64,000 bases of DNA from Mobula hypostoma. Lineage: Eukaryota. Under the pieces are notes generated by a model. The model did no database searches. It worked only from the letters and a program-made list of their open reading frames with translations, and was not told the DNA's origin. A program made the position numbers and the translations under genes. Where the stretch lies: assembly GCF_963921235.1 (NCBI RefSeq), contig NC_086100.1, positions 203,114,001 to 203,178,000 on the forward strand, read 5' to 3'. Every line of letters begins with the position of its first letter. The first letter of the stretch is position 1. Positions 51,470 through 61,702 of the stretch are shown here, in pieces.

Positions 51470-52520
51470 GGTCCCCATCCCCTTGAAACTCTCGGTTAAA
51501 CCAACACACCTCGTGAACATTTCCGCTAGGATATTAGTCCCCCTCTAGTTCAGGTGCAAAATGTTCCTTCTGTACAGGTTCCAACTTCCCTTGAAGAGAG
51601 CCCAGTGATCCAGAAATCTGAAGCCCTCACTCCTGCATCAACTCCTGAGCCTCCTTAAACTGTATGATCATCCTGTTTCTGACCTCACTAGCATGTAGCA
51701 CAGGCAGCAATCCTGAAAATCACAACTCTGTGGATCGTGTGCTTTACTTAGCACCCAAATCCCTGAACTCACTTTGCAGGACCTCGTCAGTCACCCTCAC
51801 CAGGTCATTGGTACACAAGTGAATCACAACCTCAGGCTGCTCACCCTCCCACTGAAGAATGCTGTGAAATCGATCTGAGATGTCTCTGATCCTGGCAACC
51901 GGGAGGCAGCAACCATCCGGGAATCTTGTTCTCGTTCACAGAAACTCCTTTCTACTCCCCTAACCAATGAACCCCCATCACTACAGCTCACCTCTTCTCC
52001 CCACTTCCCTCCTGAACCACAGAGCCAGACTCAGTCCCAGAGACCTGACCCATGTGGCCCACGGTATTTCAAAATGGTATACGTCTTGTTGACGGGAACA
52101 GCCAGAGGGGTACTCTGCACTGCCTTCCTATTCACTCTCCCCTCCTGACCATCATATAGCCCCATGTGCCCCATATCTGTCTATCAACACCTCAGTCTCT
52201 CGAGGCATCTAGAGTCCATCCAGTTCAATCTCCAACTCCTCAGCACGGCCTGATAAAAGTTTCAGCTTTATGCCTTCTTGCAAGAGTCGTCATCAAGGGC
52301 ACTGGATGACTCCATTTCTTCCCACATCCAGCAAGAGGAGCATTGTAGTATTTTCTCTGGCATCCTCTCTGCTCTAAATATGTAACAAGAAAGAAATAAA
52401 GAAAAACATTCTACCTATGGTCCAACGCTTTCCAAAGAGCCAGAGCCTCAACTCCCCACTTCAAATCTGGCCCACTCATACAATGACCGCTCTGATGAAA
52501 CCCAGCTTATGTTTATTGGA
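51470..52520 (-). mobile_element. CR1 ORF1/5' fragment
   Basis: Nucleotide similarity to 4300-5200 (esterase region, cccagtgatccagaaatctgaagccc). Confidence 0.75.
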
Positions 52521-53199
52521 TCTTGCCAAGTTCTTAATTATGGACAATCAAACATCTCCATGGGAACCGTGACATGCAAAATGCTCGCTTTGTTTAAACT
52601 CTCTCTCCTTTTACACAATCTGATGACTGTTCAAAACTATGGTGTGCAAAATTGTGAACTGTAAGAAACTACAATACACACCAAGACTGTTCTCCAAGGG
52701 CACAGACTGATGAAAAAAAAAACACGTTACACTGTATAACAAGCATAAGAATTCCCTATTCGAGTGGGATGCCGATAATGAATGACTGCAGGTATTTAAT
52801 GAGAAGGAGGATAAATGTTTGTAAAATCAGAGAAATAAGATCAATTGAGATACACGAATAATCGAGGCTGATGGTAGATCAGTCTTCATATAGAATTGTG
52901 GGTCAGGGATTAAGAGAGGACACACTAGAGGGTTCATCCAGTGAGACAATGTCAGTAGTAGAAGAGATCGTAAGAAAGGGTCATTCACTAATGGATAAAT
53001 GATAACAGGTCTCCCAAATGCCAGCAGCAGATAAAGGAACACAAATGTAGCAGGTAATGTAATATGTAAAAGCAAAAGAGTAGTTGTTGTGGGTGATTTA
53101 TTTTCCCCTGTAGTGACTGGGACTCCTTTAGAGTCAGAGGCTGAGATTATTCAAGAGTTTGTTGGAAATATCCTGAGATGTTTCTTAACATCCCAGAAT

Positions 53200-56100
53200 A
53201 TTAGGCAGGGTTTTAGAGTTTTGGATCATTTGGGTCTCTTCTGGGGAAGGTGGGACCTGTACAGATTGAATGGGTTGAACCTAAACTGGAGGGGGAGCAA
53301 TATCCTCGCAGGTAGGTTTGCTAGCGTGGTTTGGGAAGGTTTAAACTAATTTGCAAGGGGCATGGGGCACGGAGCGATAGAGCAGTGAAAGAAGTGCATG
53401 GAGTAAAGCCAGATCTAACATCTAGACAGGCTTTGAGGAAAGAGAAGCAGAATAAACGGTGTAAAGACAGTAAGGTGGAAGGGCTGAAATGTGTGTACCT
53501 CAATGCAAGAAGCATCAGGAACAAAGGTGATGAACTGAGAGCTTGGATACATACATGGAATTATGATGTAGTGGCCATTACAGAGACTTGGCTGGCACCA
53601 GGTCAGGAATGGATTCTCAATATTCCTGGATTTCAGTGCTTTAAAAGGGATAGAGAGGGCGGGAAAAGGGGAGGAGGGGTGGCATTACTATTGTCAGGGA
53701 TACTATTACAGCTACAGAAAGGGTGGGTAATGTAGCAGGATCCTCTTTTGAGTCAGTATGGGTGGAAGCCAGGAACAAGAAAGGAGCAGTTACTCTATTA
53801 GGAGTATTCTGTAGGCCTCCTGGTAGCAGCAGAGACACCGAGGAGCAGATTGGGAGGCAGATTTTGGAAAAGTGCAAAAATATCAGGGTTATTATCATGG
53901 GTGACTTTAACTTCCCTAATATTGATTGGCACCTGATTAGTTCCAAGGGTTTAGATGGGGCAGAGTTTGTTTAGTGTGTCCAGGCCAGACTCCTGTCACA
54001 GTATGTGGACAGGCCGACTAGGGGGAATGCCATACTAGATCTAGTACTAGGTAGTGAACTGGGTCAGGTCACAGATCTCTCGGTGGGTGAGCATCTGGGG
54101 GACAGTGACCACCACTCCCTGGCTTCTAGCATTAACATGGAAAAGGATAGAATCAGAGAGGACAGGAACATTTTTAATTGGGGAAGGGCAAATTATGAGG
54201 CTATAAGGCTAGAACTTGCGGGTGTGAATTGGGATGATGTTTTTGCAGGGAAATGTACTATGGACATGTGGTCGATGTTTAGAGATCTCTTGCAGGATGT
54301 TAGGGATAAATTTGTCCCAGTGAGGAAGATAAAGAATGGTAGGGTGAAGGAACCATGGGTGACAAGTGAGGTGGAAAATCTAGTCAGGTGGAAGAAGGCA
54401 GCATACATGAGGTTTAGGAAGCAAGGATCAGATGGGTCTATTGAGGAATATAGGGAAGCAAGAAAGGAGCTTAAGAAGGAGCTGAGAAGAGCAAGAAGGA
54501 GGCATGAAAAGGCCTTGGTGAGTAGGGAAAGGAAAAACCCCAAGGCATTCTTCAATTATGTGAAGACAAAAGGATGACAGGAGTGAAGGTAGGACCGATT
54601 AGAGATAAAGGTGGGAAGATGTGCCTGGGGGCTGTGGAAGAGAACGAGGTCCTCAATGAATACTTCTCTTCGGTTCACCAATGAGAGTTAAATCGATGAT
54701 GGCGAGGACAATATAAGTGAGATTGATGTTCTGGAGCATGTAGAAATTAAGGGAGAGGACGTGTTGGAGTTATTAAAATACATTAGGACGGGTAAATCCC
54801 CAGGGCCGGACAGAATATTCCCCAGGGTGCTCCACGAGGCGAGGGAAGAGATTACTGAGTCTCTGGCTAGGATCTTTATGTCCTCGCTGTCTACTGGAAA
54901 GGTACCTGAGGATTGGAGGGAGAAGAATGTTGTCCCCTTGTTCAAAAAAGGTAGTTGGGATAGTCCGGGTAATTATAGACCAGTGAGCCTTACATCTGTG
55001 GTAGGAAAGCCGTTGGAAAAGATTCTTAGAGATAGGATCGATGGGCATTTAGAGAATCATGGTCTGATCAGGGACAGTTAGCATGGCTTTGTGAAGGGCA
55101 GATCATGTCTATCAAGCCTGATAGAGTTCTTTGAGGAGGTGGCCAGGCATATAGATGAAGGTAGTGCAGTGGATGTGATCTACATGGATTTTAGTAAGGC
55201 ATTTGACAAGGTTCCACATGGTAGGCTTATTCAGAAAGTCAGAAGGCATGGGATCCAGGGAAGTTTGGCCAGATGGATTCAGAATTGGCTTCCCTGCAGA
55301 AGGCAGAGGGTGGTGGTGGAGGGAGTACATTCAGATTGGAGGATTGTGACTGGTGGTGTCCCACAAGGATCTGTTCTGGGACCTCTACTTTTCGTGATTT
55401 TTATTAATGACCTGGATGTGGGAGTAGAAGGGTGTGTTGGCAAGTTTGCAGACGACACAAAGGTTGGTGGTGTTGTAGATAGTGTAGAGGATTGTCAAAG
55501 ATTGCAGAGAGATGTTGATAGTTTGCAGAAGTGGGCTGAGAAGCAGCAGATGGCGTTCAATCCGGAGAAGTGTGAGGTGGTACACATTGGAAGGACAGAC
55601 TCCAAGGCAGAGTACAAAGTAAATGGCAGGATACTTGGTAGTGTGGAGGAGCAGAGGGATCTGGGGGTGCATGCGAGGTAATGATGCAGCTCTATAGAAC
55701 TTTGGTTAGGCCACACTTGGAGTATTGTGTCCAGTTCTGGTCGCCTCACTATAGGAAGGATGTGGAAGCATTGGAAAGGGTACAGAGGAGATTTACCAGG
55801 ATGCTGCCTGGTTAGAGAGTATGCATTATGATCAGAGATTAAGGGAGCTGGGGCTTTACTCTTTGGAGAGAAGGAGGATGAGAGGAGACATGATAGAGGT
55901 GTATAAGATAATAAGAGGAATAGATAGAGTGGATAGCCAGCGCCTCTTCCCCAGGGCACCACTGCTCAATACAAGTGGACATGGCTTTACGGTAAGGGGT
56001 GGGAAATTCAAGGTGGATATTAGAGGAAGGTTTTTGACTCAGAGAGTGGTTGGTGCATGGAATGCACTGCCTGAGTCAGTGGTGGAGGCAGATACACTAG

Positions 56101-56245
56101 CAAAATTTAAGAGACTACAGACAGGTATATGGCGGAATTTAAGGTGAGGGGTTATATGGGAGGGAGGGTTTGAGGGTCGGCACAACAATATGGGCCGAAG
56201 GGCCTGTACTGTGCTGTACGTTTCTGTGTTGTATGTTGTTCTATT
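53200..56245 (+). mobile_element. Young CR1 LINE (end of ORF1, full ORF2 with lesions, 3' tail)
   Basis: YLNARSIRNK, AITETWL, GDFNFPNIDW, SDH, YMDFSKAFDKVPH, PQGSVLGP, KFADDTK; internal deletion near 55675. Confidence 0.94.
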
Positions 56246-56324
56246 TTAACACAGAAGTGGAAATTTCTTCAGTGGTTTGAACGGGGCACGACTGCACAAG
56301 CGCGTGGTATTCGGCCAATGAAAA

Positions 56325-56660
56325 TTGCGGATGACACAAAGGTTGGTGGTGTTGTAGAGAGTGTAGAGGATTGTCAAAGATTGCAGAGAGACATTGACAG
56401 GATGCAGAAGTGAGCTGAGAAGTGGCAGATGGAGTTCAACGCAGAGAAGTGTGAGTTGGTACACTTTGGAAGGAGAAAGAGACGACTAGACAGGTATATA
56501 GAGGAATTTAAGTTGGGGGGGTTATATGGAAGACAGGGTTTGAGGGTTGGCACAACATTGTGGGCCGAAACACCTGTAATGTGCTGCACTATTCTACGTT
56601 CTATGTTCTATATGGACATGTTCGGTACAGCTTTGTGAACCGAAGGGCCTATATTGCGCT
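56325..56660 (+). mobile_element. Internally deleted CR1 RT/3' tail fragments
   Basis: Repeats 55445-55595, then jumps to the tail sequence of 56110-56240. Confidence 0.8.
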
Positions 56661-58188
56661 GTCGGTTTTCAATAATGCTGGTAAATCCAACAAATTCCGC
56701 ATTAAGATAATCTCAGTCAATTTTGGGGAAATTACAGTCACACACTACTCAGTTGCCTTTACAACTTCCAAAACCTGCCTACATTCTTGTTCTTCTTTCT
56801 GCCGGTAGCATTTCCAAAGCTTTTCGAAATTGAAGCACACATAATTCAAGGTTCTCCTTTATCAATCCTCTGTTACATCCTGAGAGATGCCCAGTGGGAG
56901 GGAGCGGCTGGTTGGTGTCTATGAATAGCAGTCCATTATCTGGGTTGTAATGGTGTCTATTCTTGAAGTGCCTGTGTTGTACAAATGTTTAATGGTGGGG
57001 TACCGTGCTGGGTATGTACAGGTCTGTTTGCTCACTGCTCAGTCCTGTGAGTATTATAGGCCTGTGTCCTGGAAATGAAGGTCTAGATATTGTAAATGTC
57101 CCCGTCCCTGTATTCAACTGCTGCCTTTCTTCAGCAGTCACACGTGCAGGGCATGTTTATACCAGAGACAGACTCTCCCCTTCCCCTTGCAGTACGGCCA
57201 GGTATTGTTAAGTTCTGTCTCCTCACATCATATTTAACTGCATGTGGTCTGTGTATCCCAAATGACTAAATAATCCAAAAGATTTATTCATCTAAATGTT
57301 CTCAGAGTCCCAACAGCACCCCTTCTTTAGTATCAACACGCCAGAGAATATCACCGTACCCCCTTTCTGATCATGCTGTCATCCATGTCCTTCTCCATAG
57401 TGAATGCCAATGAATGCAAAGTATTCAATTTCTACCTCGTATGCTAACTCTGGCTCCAGGCATAAACTCAATGTATTCATTTTCTGGTCACTGTTCGCTC
57501 TCCTGATTCACTGTGTGACTTGTTTCTTTCTTCTGGTATGGTTCTCAAAGACCCAGTCTAATTTCATCTTCCTCAACCTTACACATGATTCCTCTTGCAT
57601 TTTTAAACAAATACAATATTTCTCATCACCCTCAGTTCCTGTACTACCTGTCCTTCTCTACCTTCCTCACAGGAACAGGGAACTCCTGAATTCTGACCGG
57701 CTGGACTGTAGGTGACGCTTGCATGTCAGACATCACTTAACATTAGCTCCATCTTGTAACATCAGCTCCCGGACTACTCTCTATGATTCCTGCTCAGTTT
57801 CTGCTGTAAATTGTCTTCCACAAACTTACATTCATCCTCCTACAGGTCTATTTTCATCCTTATCAATAAACATCTGAAAACTTTCTGCATTATCGTCCTT
57901 AATTTTTTCCCAATGAATCACCAATGATCCTGCTTGGCTCATTCCCTATGCTATGCCAATATGTCCCCCTCTCTGGTGGACCATCTATACACCGCTTCTG
58001 GAAACCTTCATGAACAGACCTCACCAATAATGCCCCTTCAAAGCCTCAGGTGGTGAGGAAGTCCCAGTCATTCTCAGAAGATTATTCACCCATCAGAGCT
58101 ACGCTATTGTTTTTACATTCATACATGACCTGCTGATGTATCTTTTCCTTTCTCTCTTACTGGCTATTGGGAGGCCTACGGTATAATC

Positions 58189-58900
58189 CAGGGGTGGCCA
58201 ACCTTTTACATTCCATGCATCAATTTCTTCACGCTCAAGTTCAGATGCGCCATACAACTCTTGTACCCCCTTTTAATTCTTGTAAAATAATGTTAATATA
58301 GACATATTTGTCATTTTAATATGATATGTTGATTTAATATAAAACAAGATAAACATTACTTGCCTTAATGAGACTTCTTTTAACAAATATATTTTGTCGA
58401 CTTTTGATTTGTTCACTTTTCTTAATCACATATTCTTTCCGTAACTCAGACCCAAGCACTAGCTTCACTTTTCCCTCTATTTCAGTCTGATGTTATGTTT
58501 TATACTGTCTATTAAGATCATGTCTTCTATTATGTGAGAAAGTACTTTCACAAACAATGCACAACGGTTTTCTTGACGGACCCGCGATAAATAAGAACTC
58601 ATTTCCCCACTGTTCATTGAATTCACGCATACTATCACTTTCTGCTGTTCTTTTGCTCATTTTCTTTTGCACTGTGATGGGTAACTGAATGTAAAAATAA
58701 GGCTTAGTTTTTCAAAAAAGTACAAAACTGCAAATGTTCACAAAGGACGAAGGAAGCACAACTCCATAGCGCAGAAGTGTCCATTCTAAACTGACTGGCA
58801 AAAACCTGCGATGCACCGCTGGTGCAGACGCCTGGCGCCTCAGGATCAAACAAGTATCAACCGTGTATTGAACAGTTATGGAACGACTGCAGAACAAAGT
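58189..58900 (-). mobile_element. hAT (Buster/Charlie-type) deletion derivative
   Basis: TIR-like CAGGGGTGGCCAACC at 58189; minus-strand frame from 58660 MSKRTAESDSMREFNEQWGNEFLFIAGPSRKPLCIVCESTFSHNRRHDLNRQYKT*H resembles a BED finger; second TIR not found. Confidence 0.72.
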
Positions 58901-59156
58901 CCTTCTTTCCTAGTTTGACTCCTTGAAAATTTTTTAAAATTGAAAACGGATTAATGTGAAATAAGATAATATTAGCTAGAAGATGTGCACGAAATAATAA
59001 CATCACTAAAGATTATTGCTAAGTTTTAGATTTATTCTCAGTAAAACCCATTGCTAGCTTGAAGCTACTGTCTCTCTCACACTCCCACTCTCACGCCATC
59101 TTCCACGCTCCCTCATTCTCGTGATGTTCTATTCACTCTCCCTCTCTCTATCTGTC

Positions 59157-59191
<35 letters not shown>

Positions 59192-59489
59192 GTCTCCTTC
59201 TGGCGCTCACCTCGCTCGTGCCCTCTCCCTGACGCGCTCTTTCTCGCGATGTCTCGTTCTCTCTCTCCTTCGCACCCTCAGTCTTCGTGCTGTCTCATGC
59301 TCTATATCTCTATATCTATATATTTCACTGAGCTGCAAGTGCAGGTAGCGGTACTTTCTCTTCAATTGTAAAACAGGAAAAATCTCTTACAGGAAGATAG
59401 TTCAAGGCGGCAGTGAGAAAGGGCACCTACAGGTAATGAAGGAGGGGAATAAAAAGGGGCAAGGAAAGGACGGGTTATGACGGAAGCAG

Positions 59490-59767
59490 GAGTGATTAGT
59501 ACATTCAGCCAGAGACTCATTCCACCGAGATGCAACACAGAGCGTCATAGGAAGTCATTCCTGCCTGTGGCCATCAAACTTTACAACTCCTCCCTTGGAG
59601 GGTCAGACACCCTGAGCCGATAGGCTGGCCCTGGATTTACTTCACAATTTACTGGCATAATTTGCATATTACTATTTAACTATTATGGTTCTATTACTAT
59701 TTATTATTTATGGTGCAACTGTAACGAAAACCAGTTTCCCCCCTCAATAAAGTATGCCTATGACTAT
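59490..59767 (+). mobile_element. Rex/L2-type LINE 3' end with (CTATGA)n tail, continuing at 60651-60665
   Basis: Encodes RCNTERHRKSFLPVAIKLYN, then a 3'UTR with AATAAA. Confidence 0.75.
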
Positions 59768-60650
59768 TGTCACATGCTCAAGGAGATCTGTTTTTTTTGG
59801 AGAATGATGTAATGGTCTTTTGGAGGTCACCTGATGTGACTTTCCCGCCGTTGCGAGGTCACGTGATGACATGTGCCCCCCCCCCCCAACCCCGTGACTA
59901 TTTAAGGGTCGACTCAGGTGATGCAGTAGGGATTTTGAGTTTGTAGATTTTCGGGTAGAATGTATTGTGCCTCAGTTTCTGTTACGTGTTTGTTTTTGTG
60001 ACGCAGTTTCATTTTTAAAACGGAAGGTGCGTTCTCTTCCAAGATTTGTATTATTGAACCTGGAATTTATGGCTGGAAGTGCCAATTTACTCAATTCCGA
60101 CAGTTTTGAAGGGAGAGTGAAGAATTCGTCGAAGTGAAGGATTGGGAGAAGTCGGCATCGGGTGGCAGTTTAATAAAGGATCGACCTTATTGAGTCTTCG
60201 TTGAAGAGAAGCCGCATTGAGATAACTCTTGTAAAAGCACAATGAGTTCATGCAAAAAGGCTCTCTCTAAAAGGAATTTAAGGTCAGTTGATTCAAACTG
60301 TTTATTTTCGGCATAGGGTATCCTGTGGACAGAACCGGCAGTAAAGGTGCGTCGATGAAGAAATCGTTCTCCAGAGAAGTCTCTCCCAATTGAATGCGTA
60401 AAATGGTTGGACTTTTGAAGTTATCGCTTTAAGAACTGTATCTGACTGTATCGCTTTAAGAACTGTTTTCGCCATTAGCGCTTTAAGAACCAGAGCCGAG
60501 TGGAGTTGATGAACGGCTGCGTACCTGTTTAACCTCCGGTCAAAGTTTTCCTTTTTTTTCTCCCTTATCGTTTATACGTGTTTAATAAATGTTGGGTTGT
60601 TTTTATAAAACCTGTCTCGATTAATATTCATTGTTGCTGGTTACGTAACA
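59768..60650 (+). mobile_element. Solo LTR (883 bp)
   Basis: TGTCACA...CGTAACA; 4-bp TSD CTAT (59764-59767, 60651-60654); TATA-like tatttaa near 59899; AATAAA near 60584; three copies of cgctttaagaac at 60425-60491. Confidence 0.85.
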
Positions 60651-60831
60651 CTATGACTATGACTAAAACGAATGACTAAAACAAGATCAGGCAATTTTGC
60701 CAGAACCGGGTAGCAGGGGAAACAGGTGCGCCTCAAGCTTCATTTTAACAGGGCGGGACGGGATGTGCAAAGGGGATTTATCTGGGGTGGTGAGGCCAGT
60801 GATGCCGTCGGGATCAGCTGTTTTGTAACTC

Positions 60832-61065
60832 GAAAGCAACATACGCAAAACACAAAAAGAGTAAACAGTTGACAGGACTCTGATGAAGGGTTTCAGCCCG
60901 AAATTTCGACAATTTACTCATCCATAAATAATGCCAGACCTGCTGAGTTCCTCCAGCACTTTGTCAGGAAGAGAGTAAACAGTCGACGTTTCTGGCCAGA
61001 CCCTTTATGAGTGTCTGATTGTGTATGTGTTTTGTAGTTCGAGCATTCGCAGATATTCCCGTGTG
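60832..61065. mobile_element. Rearranged PLE terminal-repeat derivative
   Basis: 13-bp TSD TGTTTTGTAACTC (60819-60831, 61066-61078); degenerate hammerhead CTGATGAAGGGTTTCAGCCCGAAA at 60880-60903 and an opposite-strand remnant near 60980-61010. Confidence 0.78.
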
Positions 61066-61189
61066 TGTTTTGTAACTCTGTTCATCACATTGTTTCCATT
61101 TACCCACAAGTGGGGGTGGGGGGATAGAATAGGGAGCATGAAGGCGGCTGAACTGTAATATTTTACAGCATTTATTTCTAATGTTTAAT

Positions 61190-61702
61190 GATTTTAAAAA
61201 TCCGATTCAGCGGGTATTTCACCGCATTCTTTAGTTCCTCTCAGAAATTTGCTCTGAGTCGGGGCGTAAATACACGTGTTGGTGCAGGAACTGATGATCT
61301 GCAACATTAGCGATGTCTGTTGTATGAGGTAACGGGGAGCCGTGACAAAATAAACAAAACTCATTGAAATCCGCCTGTAGATAGAAAATATCACGAATGC
61401 TCCCCACAACAATATGAAACTGCCGGTTATGCTGAAGAGCAAAACGATGGATTTGCGTCGGTTCTCCATCTCCCGGTCCTTGTTATTCTCTCCACTCTTT
61501 TGTCCCCGGAGCCTCCTGCGGGCTCGACTGGTCCACGAGGATCCGCCTGACTTTCAGAATATTGAACAGCATAATCAGACAATGGGACACAAGGGGTTAA
61601 AATGCGGTCAAACATCTGAAATGCCGCCCATGAGGGGAGAGTTCGTGAAGCTCGAGGTAAGAACACAGTGCCAGGGAACACCATCAATTATTTCTACAGA
61701 CA
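61190..61702 (-). pseudogene. Second GPR139/GPR142-like GPCR copy (3' half), frameshifted and interrupted by a PLE
   Basis: MENRRKSIVLLFSITGSFILLWG...SSCTNTCIYAPTQSKF, collinear with 41860-42350. Confidence 0.88.
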
